Below, in pieces: positions 25,138 through 38,867 of a stretch of 64,000 nucleotides of DNA. The position numbers were made by a program, and so were the translations under genes. The notes under the pieces were generated by a model, which saw nothing but the letters and a program-made list of their open reading frames with translations, was not told the origin of the DNA and ran no database searches. How positions within the stretch are numbered: the stretch's first letter is position 1; every line of letters starts with the position of its first letter. The DNA is from Octopus sinensis (lineage: Eukaryota): NCBI RefSeq assembly GCF_006345805.1, contig NC_042998.1:3162001-3226000 (forward strand), written 5' to 3'.

Positions 25138-25736
25138 GCTGAACTTTTGTTTACGTTGACGATTAAAGGAAATAAGTTGCCAAAATATCATAGTTCTCCA
25201 TGAACTGTATCAATTAAATGTAAAAATATCGATACAACATTATAAAAAATCAATTCTGACTTTACTTGAACTTACGCACCATGATTTTCGTTAGAGATTT
25301 ATGCGTTTCATGAACAAAAGCCAAAATGCTAAACTTTAAACTGGATTCGAACTTTTACCCTATGATTTACATTGAATAATAAATGATTTACTTCTACGCT
25401 GAGAAGAATAAAAGGAAACCATTCGACGAGACGAAAACAGTATGAAAAGGAAAACGATATGTCATGCGAATGATGCGAAAGAAAAATAGCATATTAATAA
25501 TAACAGCAAATTGTTAGACCTCATTCTGAGCCAGGAATTCATAATACGAAAACGTTCGTCCCAATTTCTGACTATAGACTGCATTTTTATGTTAGTTGCC
25601 TCGTTCTACTTTTTATGCTTGCGGTTATCGTCATGACTTTTGCTTCGTGCTGTGACGAAGATTTTGGCTCCATCATAGATAATCTGTCACCATTTCTGTC
25701 GGTTATTTGCGATTTCCACTCGTTCACATTGGTTCT

Positions 25737-25931
25737 TCAGTTTTTTTTTATACGTACGTCATTGAACCACGTCTTGTGTCCTCCTCGCATAAACTTTGCT
25801 TCATTCAATTGGGAATAGAACAATTGCTTGGCCAGTGGATGATCTGCCATTCTCATGATGTAATTAGTCCATAGGAACCGTTGCGTTATTGTGTTTTCCA
25901 AGTGAGGGGGGATATTCGCTTGTTGGTGCAC
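25737..25931 (-). mobile_element. RTE-clade LINE C-terminal remnant
   Basis: ORF QRFLWTNYIMRMADHPLAKQLFYSQLNEAKFMRGGHKTWFND resembles the RTE LRW.GH..RM...LPKQLFY..L..G.R.RG block. Confidence 0.65.
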
Positions 25932-26138
25932 TGGATTTACACCATTTCCCAGACATATCTGGTTTTATATTTCTAGTTTATGTAAATATCACTTATCCAG
26001 GTTTTAGAGCTTTAAAGGAAACTGAGTACAAATATCTTATACGCCATAAATTTGTTTACCACAGACCATGATCTTCGCGTACATAAAATGTACCAGTGCC
26101 GCCCTTGGTCTTCTTAGACGACTATACAGTTGGTTTAT

Positions 26139-26370
26139 AGGCGGCGAGCTGGCAGAATCGTTAGCACGCCGGGCGAAATGCGTAGCCGTATTTCGTCTGC
26201 CGTTACGTTCTGGGTTCAAATTTCGCCGAGGTCGACTTTGCCTTTCATCCTTTCGGGGTCGATAAATTAAGTACCAGTTACACACTGGGGTCGATGTAAT
26301 CGACTTAATCCGTTTGTATGTCCTTGTTTGTCCTCTCTGTGTTTAGCCCTTTGTGGGTAGTAAAGAAATA
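26139..26370 (+). mobile_element. SINE family B with 16-bp TSD
   Basis: TSD TATACAGTTGGTTTAT (26123-26138) / TATACAGTTAGTTTAT (26371-26386). Confidence 0.9.
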
Positions 26371-27067
26371 TATACAGTTAGTTTATTTTATCCGGTGTTG
26401 GATTGCTTCATCTAGGATTGGTCCACTCAAATATTAGGAGAGCTTTACAGTTTTTCTGCTATTGTTCATTGGTGGACTAGGTCCCTACTTCTTGGGGTCA
26501 TGTTAATGCCAGGCATATTTTGCTGCGCCGATGGTGAGACCCATGCTCTCACGCGTCAGTGAAAATATCGGTTAACTGTAGTTCTTCTACTGAAACTGAA
26601 TTAACCATTTATATTCTGAAGGTCAATCACTGATGCAATCGTTAAGTTTATTCTGATACAGCGTCTACTAGAGTTGCATGGCTGCCACTAGGCAGTGCAA
26701 TATCTGGAGACCGGGTAGGAGTTTGTACATAGTGAGTGAATAGTGTTTAGAAAATGATAAAAGTCTTATGAGAACTCACATATTAGTTGAAACTAACCAT
26801 TTATAGAAGATTGGATCTGTACTTTGAGCAAATGCATCGATGAAGTTACAAAAGAGAAGTAATTTGTATGAACAACAATTTTTTATGGCATTTCTCCTGT
26901 AGCTAGAAAGTACACAAAATGATTACTGCAATGCTTCTGGAAGGTAAAAAACCTTTCGGAGTTTCGGCTATGTAAGTCTTCAATAAGAGGTTGAATAAGT
27001 TGAGAAGAATTGTAGCCAAAGATTTTTTTAGTAATTAAACAAAGCGCGATACCTCTGTAGTTGTAAG

Positions 27068-27300
27068 GTAATCCTTAGTCATATCGCGGTTCACATATCG
27101 CGGCTCACATATAGCGGTTTATTATTTAAGCTTTCGTCGATTCCTTTGTGGTGTTGTTTTGTATTTATAATAAAATAAATATACAAATTATAAAAACAAT
27201 AAAAAAATATAAAGTACAGTACTGTTTCTACCACGCAGATTTTCACCTATCGCGGGGTTTTTTGAAACGTAACACCCACGATAGTCGAGGGATTACTGCA
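27068..27300. mobile_element. Tigger/pogo-like MITE (partial second copy about 30805-31003)
   Basis: Ends GTAATCCTTAGTCATATCGCGG / CACGATAGTCGAGGGATTACTG; internal AAATTATAAAAA...CAGTACTGTTTCTAC shared with the 30.8-kb copy. Confidence 0.6.
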
Positions 27301-27699
27301 ACCTAATTTGTGTACATTCTTGAAGATAGTAATGGTAGTTACCTGTTCGAAATCATCTGGTGTCTCCTCTGTGTCCTGAATAGTCGAACAGTGCGTAGAG
27401 CTTTGTTTACTATTTGATTTCCAAATTCATTTATATAATATATTAGCTGGGATGTAACTAGAATGGTTTTATAGAGAACGAAATGTTTGTGGAATGTCAG
27501 GTGGTGCAGGTAAGTTGCTTATCCTTGGCCTTGGTGTTCTGTTCTCCAGGTCTTCTGTTAGCTGCTCAGTCACGATTAAGCAGGTCTTGGAAATGTTCTT
27601 TCTGTTGGTAGTTGACAGCTACCGTCTTTTGGCATGAGGAGTGATGAGCCTCTTGTTCTAAAACCATAGGAACATAGAAACATACATTGCTTTTGCTTC

Positions 27700-27930
27700 A
27701 CAGAAGAAGCACTTTACTTTAAACATGTCTGCAAGTTCCTGGATTTCAAGTTTTCTTTTTTTTGCCTGTCTCTAATTTTTTCTCTGCACCTATTTGCTTT
27801 TGGATCGCAACATTTTCTTGCTGGCAAGTTTTTCATTTAGGCTCATTATTCTTGTCATCATGCCAGGCACGAAAAGTCGCTTTTCGTCTATTAGTTTATA
27901 TATTTGGGAATGTTCTCACCAAATCAATCT
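27700..27930 (-). mobile_element. RTE-clade LINE linker remnant (upstream part of the 25.7-kb element)
   Basis: Frameshifted D*FGENIP...KLIDEKR / ATFRAWHDD...KLEIQELADMF, resembling RTE DWFDEN..EI..LL..KR.A..AW..D. Confidence 0.55.
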
Positions 27931-28393
27931 TAGTATTTTACTGTGATATCCAAAGACTTCTGACAAACTGCAAAAATGGTTGCCTTCAGAGCGCATCATA
28001 TGTTTTCAACGATATCCTAGGATGGTAGATGGTGTGTTATCATCTGGCACCGCTGACGTTACTCTACCTTTACCAGATCTAATACTGAAATTTGGTTTTA
28101 CGCAGGCCTCATTTGAACCAAGAAAGTCGCTTTGGAGTGAGGTGTCAAGTCGTATAAGCGTCGGTTCTGCAATTATCGGCTGTTCTTGTCAAAGCTACGA
28201 ACGTACAGTATGTATGTATGTATGTATGTATGTATGTATGTATGTATGTATGTATGTATGTATGAATGCATGTATGCATGCAAGTATCTGTATGCATATA
28301 TATGTATAAGTATATAGTGTAGATACACATATGCATGTATGCACATGTACATGTGTATATATAAATGTATATATATATATATATATATAATAT

Positions 28394-28425
<32 letters not shown>

Positions 28426-28429
28426 CGGT

Positions 28430-28780
28430 GCTGAGTTGTCAAACATTTAAACCAAATTTTCTCAAAGCAACTTGTCCGACCGTCTCCTTTCGTGACATTA
28501 TTTCAAGCCAGCCGGCTTTTTTGCGCAAACTGCACGTGCATTTTTCTCGCGTACGCGTAGTATCGATCGCAACAGCTGATGTACTTGCGCGTACAAATGC
28601 ACGTTCCCACGGCTTTATCGATCGCATTCTCACCTGGAATCGATTTTTGTAATTTTTTCAAGACTTATACACGCCCTGATACCGTCGGTATCTACATAGC
28701 AAATTTGAGCGCAATCGGATGGAGGATGCCCGAGATCCTACAAGACACACAGACAGACAAAACAGATTTTATATAATAGA
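28430..28780 (-). mobile_element. Helitron-like 5' end (3' end not found)
   Basis: Minus: A|TCTATTATATAAAATCTGTTTTGTCTGTCTGTG...CCGATTGCGCTCAAATTTG. Confidence 0.5.
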
Positions 28781-28910
28781 TATGTAAACTCATATAGACG
28801 TATACACATGGATATACAAGCATGCATATTTATGTATATCTGTGTTTATATATATATTAAATTAATTATTTTATATATATCTACATAATTATATTAAGGG
28901 AGCAAGGGCA

Positions 28911-28983
<73 letters not shown>

Positions 28984-29079
28984 GTAAATAAAAAAATGAA
29001 GAACAAACACAAAAACAACAACGTGAGGACGTGGTAGATGTAAAGGATTAGCAGACGCTCTGGGAAGGAAAGAAATGTG

Positions 29080-29114
29080 GTTTTATGTTTCGAGCAAAGC
29101 TCTTCTTCAGAAAC
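29080..29114 (-). ncRNA. Minimal hammerhead ribozyme motif in a Penelope-type terminal-repeat fragment
   Basis: Minus: GTTT-CTGAAGA-A-GAGC-TTT-GCTC-GAAA-CATA-AAAC; helix I 4 bp, helix II 4 bp. Confidence 0.7.
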
Positions 29115-30730
29115 AGGAGTCAGAGGAAAGTCCAATATATGTATATGTGTGTGTGTGTGGGGGGGGGTTGTGTGCGTTAGGTATGTTTGCATTCTTGTGG
29201 GATTTAGTCTTTCTCATTCGCAAAATGAGCCCCGCTTAATTTTGCTCAGATTGCTTTCAGTTTTGGTGTATCAGTGCAACTCTGATTACGATCAACCAAT
29301 TAATTTATCTTGTAAATTAAAGAATCTGATGCCATTTGGCATTAAAATTTGGAAATTTGGGTAATTTTAGCCATCAACAGACACCGTGGCATTAGCAACT
29401 TGTTATCATGACAACCACATGCTGTGTTGTTGTTCACTGTTGTTTGTGCCTCTGCTGTCTATGTTGATATTTTACATCACGAGACTCTTTTCACCCGCGT
29501 GTTTTGTTTTAATTTTTGTGTGTGTTAGTATATTGCATATTTTCTGGGCTTCTGTGTGTTAGTATTTCACTGTGCTTTTTTGTGTGTTAGTATTTTTACA
29601 TATTTTTTATTTCATATATTTTTAGGACACATTGACTCAGATAGCTGGATTTATGATTTCACTGTTCCGTTCATAAAAATTTAAATTAGAATTATTTCTT
29701 AAACCGTTAGCTTCACATTTCAACAGCCTAACTGAAATTTAGTCCACGTAACAGGAATTCGGAGGGATATCGTGGAACAGAGAAACTGTGGGTGATACAG
29801 ATAATTTGACATTTTTTAATTCTGCATGCAAAAACGTATAGGATACAGGTATTCTTTTCCTTGAGACAAATTCTTTGTTGGCCAGTGTTATTCTTATCGT
29901 AGTTTACAAATCCAAGCATGAAAACGTTATTCAACTTTGTAGTTTTGAAGATAGACACACATACACACACATGAATGCATGAATGTACATATAAACTTAC
30001 ATATGAATACATACATGCACATGCGGTTATATATTAATGATGTACACAAATACATGACAGGAATACATAATACTGAAATACGCATAAAGTAAACACATGC
30101 AAACAAATATATTAATATAACAAATTAAAAAAATAATAAAACCATACAATCAATGAAGAGACAAAAGAAACAGTAAGATGAAACATGTTGATTTTATTAT
30201 GTATTTCTGTTTATTTAGAAACTTACAATGAATAGGTGAGACGTTAAACTCTAAATTTCACAGGGTACAACCTAAAAGTTGACTCCGCCCCGCTAAACGC
30301 AGAAAATTTCTGTCTCGCTATTGGCTAAAAATATACAGTCTTTTCGATTTTTAAACCTCTGTAACTTTTATCTCCAATTTTTCTCAACAACATTATACCT
30401 TCAAAGCAATGAGACTGGAAGGCTACATCATTATAGCCGATTTTCAGATTTTTTTTACTGTCTTTTAAAAAATGCATATTTTGTGAATGAAAAAAAAACT
30501 AGATCCTTCCTGTGCATGTGTGCGCGTACGTGTGAGTGTGCGTGTGTATATGTGCGTGAGTGTGTGTGTGTGTGTGTGTGTGTACGTGTGTGTGCGCATG
30601 TATATGCATGTTGTATGTGAACATGTATGTGCGTGTTGAGTGTGTGTGTCGTGTGTGTGGGAGGTATATGTACATTCATGTGTGTGGTGTGTGTGTGCGG
30701 TATATATGTGTTCATGTGTACGCGTGCATG

Positions 30731-30765
<35 letters not shown>

Positions 30766-30884
30766 ATATATCCGTCCAACCCATGCTAGTGTGAAAAACG
30801 TTAAGTTTACGTCGATTCTTCTGTGGTGTTGTTTTGCATTTATGGTAAAATAAATACATACAAATTATAAAAATATATATGTAT

Positions 30885-30918
<34 letters not shown>

Positions 30919-31024
30919 CAGTACAGTACTGTTTCTACTTTGCGGATTTCCACCTGCGGGCTTTTTTGAGAACGTAACATCCACGATAGCCAAGAGATTA
31001 CTGACATACATACATATATATATA

Positions 31025-31085
<61 letters not shown>

Positions 31086-31646
31086 ATTATTGTGTGTGAA
31101 TATGAAGATTGGTACATCTGCATAAGCATAAGCGTTTATTATACGTTTACTTAACTAAATATAAAAAATAAAAAAAATATGTGGACCAATCTCCGCATTT
31201 ATTGTAATTGTCACTCCCGAAAATATTCATAACCCAGTCAAGCAAACCCAGGATTTACCCATCGGATGAATTACAGTAGGATTGCTCACCCTAAGTAATC
31301 CTAGGTGCTCATTACTACTCGATGCGGTTATCTGAGTCTTAGTACTGTACCCGGCTGGAAAATTTATCCCTATCTTATCATCTTACATACATACGCCAAC
31401 ACAGATACATATATGTATAATATGCACACACACACACACATATATATATATGTATATATATATACACACTCACAGTTATATATATATTATATATATATAA
31501 GATTAATCAAGATTAATCAGCCGAAATTGCTAGGATGATCCGGTTCTTGACTGAAGATTGAAGGCTTCGAATGTCCCGTCCGTGTTTTTTGTATCGTCTT
31601 CTAAATGTTTTACGTTCTTGTCCCAGTTTGTATTTTTCTACTTATA

Positions 31647-31683
<37 letters not shown>

Positions 31684-33339
31684 CTTAGTCTGAGAATATT
31701 TCTTTCTTTCTTAGTCTGAGAATATGAGGCGCTGAATATAATATTTACAGACTACCTGAGAATAAGCAGACTCCCCCAGTCTAATTATGAAACGCCATCA
31801 ACATGATAAAATATAGGTGAGCGAATGAAAGCATATTTAAAGCTGGTTGCATATAAAAGCTAAACTGGAATCAAATATCCACTGAGAGAAAAAGCAGATT
31901 ATTAGTCAATGGTCAAGAAATGTAAAATATATCCCGAGTAGTCTTTCTTAATTATTTAATTCTACTTTTGCTTGTTCCTTCTCGAGCCACGCCTGGCTCA
32001 TGAGGGCCGGTTTCCCGGTTTCCTTGGCATATAGGTTCCCCACCTGGACGGGACGCCGGTCCGTCGCAGTTGAGCTGCAAGGTGCAAGAGGGAAGAGTGA
32101 GAGAAAGTTGTGGCGAAAGAGTCAGAAGTTTTCCACTACCTTCTGCCGGTACCGCCTGGAGCTTAGGTGTTTCGCTTATAAACACACACAACGCCCGGTC
32201 TGAGATTCGAACCCGCGATCCCTCGACCGCGAGTTCGCTGCTCTAACCACTAGGCCATGTGCACCACGATTCTACTTTTAACTTGTTAATATTTCGAGCT
32301 TAGAAAGGCAGCGATTAGGCAGAATCATTAGCATGCCGGACAATATGCTTAGCGGCATTTCGTCCGTTTTCACGTTTCGAGTTCAAATGCCACCAGGTTC
32401 GTCTTTGCCTTTCATCCTTTCGGGGGTTGATAAAGTAATGACTAGTTGAAGATTGGGAGTCGATGTAATCGACTTACCACCTCTCCAAACTTGCTGGCTT
32501 TGTGCCAGCGGTATTTCGTCCATCTTTACGTTTTGAGTTCAAATTCCGCCGAAGTTAACTTTGCCTTTCATCCTTTCGGGGTCGATAAAATAAGGACCCT
32601 TTGAGGATTGGAGTCGGCATAATCTTTTACTCTTAGCAGTGACAAACGAAATATACACTGCCGGAAGTTCATGTTGACAAGCAACAGCAGTAATTTTATT
32701 CAGCTGAATACACGTCATTGATTGGTTGAAATTGCCGAAATAGGACAACTTTAACGTGAAATAACTTCGTAAATATAAGTTTTTCTCAAAAATGCTAAGA
32801 GTGAAATATGTTTTATATGACACATTCTACCAGTTTGAAAGTGTTTAGTTACAAAAAATTATTTTTAAAATCTGCACGTCAAAAGGTAAAGATCCCAAGG
32901 CGCAACTGGTACTTAATTCATCGACCCCGAAGGATGAAATGCACAATCGATCTCGGCGGAATTTGAACTCAGAACGTAAAGACAGAAGAAATACCCGACG
33001 TGCTAAAGTTTCTGCCAGCTCGCCGCCTTATAACATATATTTATTAAAACATGTATCTCTTGATTTATGTTTCTATGATCCAATGTTTACATTGCTTATG
33101 ATCTAACATATAGTTTAGATGATGGTGGTGATGCTGGGGATGATGGTGGGGATGGGGACTGTAACAACGATTGTTAGAATGAGTGCATACAATTAAGGAT
33201 TCTGTCTACTTATTAAATCATTCCCACTCGACCTAATTCCAGCATGTGTTCATTCGACTTCTACTCTCTCCCTCACACACATCAACGCACACATAAATAT
33301 GTAAATATGTATATGTATATATATATATACATATATGTA

Positions 33340-33352
33340 TGTATATATATAG

Positions 33353-33392
<40 letters not shown>

Positions 33393-33396
33393 TAGC

Positions 33397-33492
<96 letters not shown>

Positions 33493-33689
33493 TATATATA
33501 TATATATATAGATATATATATATATAGCTATATATATATATATAGATATATATATATATAGATATATATATATATAGATATATATATATATAGCTATATA
33601 TATATATATAGCTATATATGTATATATATATATATATATAGCTATATATATATATATATATATATATAGCTATATATATATATATATAG

Positions 33690-33737
<48 letters not shown>

Positions 33738-33894
33738 GCTATATATATATATATATATATATAGCTATATATATATATATAGCTATATATAGCTATATAT
33801 ATATAATATATAGCTATATATATATATATATAGCTATATATATATATATATAGCTATATATATATTATATAGCTATATATATATATATATATAG

Positions 33895-33937
<43 letters not shown>

Positions 33938-33945
33938 ATATATAG
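33340..33945. repeat. (TA)n array punctuated by GC (TATAGCTATA units)
   Basis: Roughly 15 or more AGCT interruptions. Confidence 0.95.
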
Positions 33946-34015
33946 GTATGCATACATATACGTTCATTATATGTATATATATATAGGTATAGGTATGCAT
34001 ACATATACATTCATT

Positions 34016-34052
<37 letters not shown>

Positions 34053-34253
34053 CGAACACATATACACGACCGCATATCTCTTTTTGTGTGGGTGGCAACG
34101 TTAGTCGCACCAGTTGCCCTTGGTCGGCTGACTATGTTTAGATAACCCATAAGGTAGGAATAATTTCGCCATATCCAAATTCCGAGTACATTCTCCCGTT
34201 TTGGAGGGTATTAAGACGCTGGGCCAGGACGACGAAGACGAATACCACCGCTG

Positions 34254-34322
<69 letters not shown>

Positions 34323-34505
34323 TTTCTGTCGCCACTACCTTACAACCGTAATGCATCTCAGCGCATGCTCTCAAAAATAGTGGGTTCAACTAGAAAACCC
34401 AGACCTAGTTAAACTATGCCTAAAACTGATACGAAATCGTCGCGGCTGGAATGCTTTTGATAATAGATGTATGGTTAGCTCATCAGGACCGATCTGGGTC
34501 TAGAC

Positions 34506-34684
34506 TACATCATCATCATCACCATCACCACCACCATCATCATCATCATCATCATCACCACCACCACCACCACCACCATCACCACCACCATCATCACCAT
34601 CATCATCACCATCACCACCACCACCACCACCACCACCATCATCATCATCATCCTCATCACCACCACCACCATCATCATCATCAA
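34506..34684. repeat. (CAT/CAC)n microsatellite
   Basis: Direct reading. Confidence 0.95.
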
Positions 34685-34988
34685 TTATAACAAAAACAAT
34701 AATAATAAGCATAATAATGATGGTTTCAAATTTTGGCACATGGCCAGTAATTTCGGAGAAGCGGGTGAGTCGATAGCATCGACCTCAGCGCTCAACTGGT
34801 ACATATTTTATTGGCCCCAAAAGGATGAAAGGCAAAGTTCACCTTAGCGGGATTCGAACTCAAAACGGCAAGCCGGACGAAATGCTGTTTTGTCCGGTAT
34901 GCTAACGATTCAGCCAGTTCAACGCCTTACCAAGAATAATAATCCTTTCTATCATATGCACAAGGACTAAAAAATTTGGCGGGATAGG

Positions 34989-35660
34989 CACTAGCGTACT
35001 GTAAATCCTCGAGTATAGTCCGCCCTTGAGTATAATATGCAGGGGATTTTTAGGGGGCTGTACCTCTGAAAAATCTAAACCTTGTGTATAATACGCACCC
35101 CTTCTCTAACATGAGTCAAGGACGTCTATATAACGTCCTTGATTCGTAAAAATGTATACGGTAACGTCCTTTATTATTATTGTATATATAACATAATGCA
35201 AACGTGTAGCTTTTTTGTGCATTTTGTTTGCAGAAAATAAAGAAATAACAGTAATAACGTTTAATAAATGCTGCTTATTGCAAGTTATGGATGATTCTTT
35301 TATGACTTCATTACTTTCAGGCTTAGCTTAAGGTATTTTCGCGTCCGACATCACAAAATGCGTCTGAATAAACATTGCCGGACAGCAAATAGAGACTCGG
35401 ACATTGCTTAGAAAATAATTTTCATTTTTAATCTTGTATATAGTACGCATTAGGGATTTTGACCTTTAGATTTCGGGGGAAAATGCGGTTTATACTCGAG
35501 GATTTACGGTAATTAGAGTGTGTACCGTCCCGAGCAGTCCTTCCGTTTACCGCCCCTACAAAAAACACACATTGCCTACAGCACACCCAAAAGTGGTGCT
35601 CCTTTTAAAGTGTTTCCCGGGGCGGACTGCCCCTACCGCTTCCACCTAGCTACACTAGTG
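34989..35660. mobile_element. hAT-type MITE (about 160 bp) with 8-bp TSD, interrupted by a pogo MITE
   Basis: TIR CACTAGCGTA / TACACTAGTG; TSD GGGATAGG (34981-34988) / GAGATAGG (35661-35668). Confidence 0.7.
34999..35509. mobile_element. Tc1/pogo MITE, copy 2
   Basis: Same TIRs as 1818-2339, TA flanks. Confidence 0.85.
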
Positions 35661-36280
35661 GAGATAGGGCTAATGGATTACATCGGCCCCAGTATTTAAC
35701 AAGGACTTATTTTAATACACCGAAAAATGAAATGCAAAGCCGATCTCGGTGGAGTTAGCAACGATAAGAATAATAACAACAATCGTTATTCTCAGATAGC
35801 TTGTTTCATAACGAAAGTGTGCATTTACGTAGCGACCCGAGCTGCTAGAGATAGCAGCTAAACGTCCTTCATATCACGGCCTAACCGTCTTAAGTAAAAC
35901 GACCATTTTGATAATATGGTCCTAAATAGGCGCTGGCATTGCTGTGGGTGAAGAAGCTTGCTTTACAACTGCGTGGTTTCAGGTTCAGTCTTACTGTACG
36001 GAACTTGGGCAGGTCTCTCCTATTGATAGCCCCGGGCTGATTTATGCTTTGTGGGTGAATTTGATAGCCAGAAACTATGTGGAAGCCCGTCATATGTCTG
36101 TGTGTCTTCGTGTTTTCCCCACCATCGTTTGACTACGGGTGGTGGTTTGTTTACGTCTCTGTGGCTTAGCGGTCCGGCAATACAAACCGATACAGTACGC
36201 ATCAGGTTTAAAAATAAGTAGTTGGATCGGTTTATTCAAGGTAGTGTCCCAGTGTGGCCTCGGTCCAATAGCTAAAACAA

Positions 36281-37064
36281 TCTATATATAAAACACACGA
36301 TGTATGTCTGTCTGTGTGTTTGTTATGTCGTTAAAACTCGAGATCCACCCAACCGATTTTAATGAAATTTTACACATGCATTACATAGGATCCATGGAGT
36401 GTCATGGGCCAAAACCCTTTTCAACTTCTTGCCTAATGTGGGACCAGGGACACATAAACCGCATTTTTTTAAAGCATTTTCGCAGCATTAAGGCCCATAA
36501 CTTGAAGAGTATCCAGTCGCTTTACTCCAAGTTTGCAACAAACATTAATGAAGCTGTTGACTAAAAAATATTTCCGACGCCGACTGTGGCCCCTCCTCCC
36601 CACAAAATACAAGTTAATCAGATTTGAGTATACTGCACTGGGTTTTATCTTTGTTTTATGCCATTTTCTGACGATAAAACATTGACACTTCTTATGAATT
36701 ATAAGTAGCGTATAATATTTCATGTAAACCTTTTTGTCCAATTTGGCAGAGGAAATGAGAAGAACATTAACATTTTTGTCAGCGCCCTGTTGATGCTTCA
36801 TGTTACCATTCCGCGCACCACCGGGCCATGTGCGCGCGCGTGTGTGTGGCTGGGTAAAAGTACAATAAACCCATTCATCCATTCCCCAGAAGTGCCCTGT
36901 TGACGTTTCACGTTTCCAGTCTTACATGTCTGCTTTTTAAGTCATCCATGTCTGAACTACATAATGCAAAATGTTCATAAAAACAAACTGCTGTTGCGAC
37001 TCACAGCCATTTGAGTTTGACCGCGTGGCCACTTCCAGAAGCTACGCTCGCCACATGCAACTAG
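36281..37064 (+). mobile_element. Probable Helitron
   Basis: 5' A|TCTATATATAAAAC...TGTCTGTCTGTG...AACCGATTTTAATGAAATTT; candidate 3' CTAG|T at 37061-37065, hairpin weak. Confidence 0.45.
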
Positions 37065-37110
37065 TCCCCTCTCCTGTGTTCCATGTCCCGTTTAGTCCGA
37101 CGAGTAAATA

Positions 37111-37540
37111 CAGGGTGTCCCAAAATTAATGATAACTTGAGTGAAATCGGATGCATTGTTTAAAATTCAGTTTTATCTATTTTAATATGCGTTAAAAGTG
37201 TATAAATTTTGAATTTTGTTTATAATTTTATTTTCATTCCTTTTAGACCCCTCTTGTTTGTCCACGACAGCATTTTCTTTTCAATTTGGCAGCAATCATT
37301 TTCTTTACCTTCATCCTGAGCACATTCAGTTAGCAGTGCAGGAGCTAACTCCTGAAATGCTTCAAAATGTGTTTCCCAACTCTAAGGAGAGATTTGAAAT
37401 ATGCAGAGCTAGAGACATGTTGAACATTTTCAATAAGTGCGTGACGTAAGATTTATAAGTCTATTTGTTTTGGTGATAAACAAAATTCTGTCAATTTGCT
37501 CAATTTCACCGAAACAGATAGTTAATTCTGGAACACCCTG
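37111..37540. mobile_element. Tc1/mariner deletion derivative
   Basis: TIRs TA|CAGGGTGTCCCAAAATTAA and TTAATTCTGGAACACCCTG. Confidence 0.75.
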
Positions 37541-37770
37541 CATGGTGTAGCGTCGTCAGTTGTTGTAATCCTCGAGTAAATATTAAAATCAATGGTCTTG
37601 TCGTCGTAAACATTTCATCTTTTTGTTAAGCATATTGTATCAAGGAGTATATTATCCAAAATATATCTCTCCTTTAAAAGCGTGGCTGTGTGGTTGAGAA
37701 GCTTGTTTTCCAACCATGTCGCCTTGGGTTCGACCAAAGCCTTGTGTATCATATAATTGCCATTACTGTA

Positions 37771-38035
37771 TCTTTACATATAAAAGTGAAGTTGTGTGTC
37801 TGTCTCCTACGATTTATATTCCTAACTACTCCCACATTTTGCGGTGCAGTTTAACCAAAAAGCGGGTATCTTATAGTCGTGATTCATATCGAGTCTACGA
37901 TTTAAAAAAAAATTTACCATAATTTTTTCCCATTTTTAATGCATTTTTGCTATTATATAAGGGAAGTAACTCTCTAAAAATGCTTATATAGTTATTTCCC
38001 TTACAAACCCGAGCAACGCCGGGCGATTCTGCTAG
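37771..38035 (+). mobile_element. Non-autonomous Helitron, internally deleted copy of 12291-12685
   Basis: Near-identical 5' TC end and 3' CCCGAGCAACGCCGGG..CTAG|T. Confidence 0.85.
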
Positions 38036-38178
38036 TTGTTATATAAAATAACACATGTAACTCACTTATTATCGTCATATAATAAACAAACAGAAGTCTG
38101 TGTTTGAAATTAATCATTTTTCTACTTCAATTATTATGTTTTTTTTCTTATAACATATTTACATACAGAAGGCATAAA

Positions 38179-38264
38179 TCTCTCTCTATATAATAACACT
38201 TTAAATGTGGCTCCCGTGAAAGAGTAAAAGTAATTACCCGATCAACGACGGGTATTACTGCTAG
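38179..38264 (+). mobile_element. 86-bp mini-Helitron candidate
   Basis: A|TCTCTCTCTATATAATAAC ... ACCCG-ATCAACGA-CGGGT-ATTACTG-CTAG|T. Confidence 0.55.
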
Positions 38265-38867
38265 TTGAAGATAAAAAAAAAGGAGGTAAGAAATAATATA
38301 CAATCTGAAAAAAAAAGAAAGGAAAAAAGAAAAAAGAAAATTCTAAATGGGGACAGCTGGATCATAGGTGTGCTCTATCAGCGCTGACCTGGGGCTAAAC
38401 AACCGCGATATAAGACGTTTCAATGAAGTGTTAAACAGTAGAGATAAGAAAGACCACCCTCTAGCAGCACAAACAATCGCAATAAAAGCAATAAAATGGA
38501 ATTACCATTTCTACTTCACGAACGATGTCATTACAACTTCTGCTGCTGCTGCTACTACTACTACTACTACTACTACTACTATCATAATTACCACGGTTAA
38601 TAGTATTCGGTTTCACCGCTACCGTCACCACCACCACCACTACTACTACTACTACTACCCTTACTACTACTACTACTGCTGCTGCTGCTGCGTTGACGAC
38701 GACGACGACGACATATGAAAGACGTATGTAAGTAACAGACCCAGAATTAAACCCACGCCGTGAGAAGACATTTTCGTTTTAAATTAATACGGAGCCAGGA
38801 AATGAAACTGTGCCCATGACCTTGGCGGGACGTCTCAATTAAAAACCACCATGAGGATTGATTTTGA

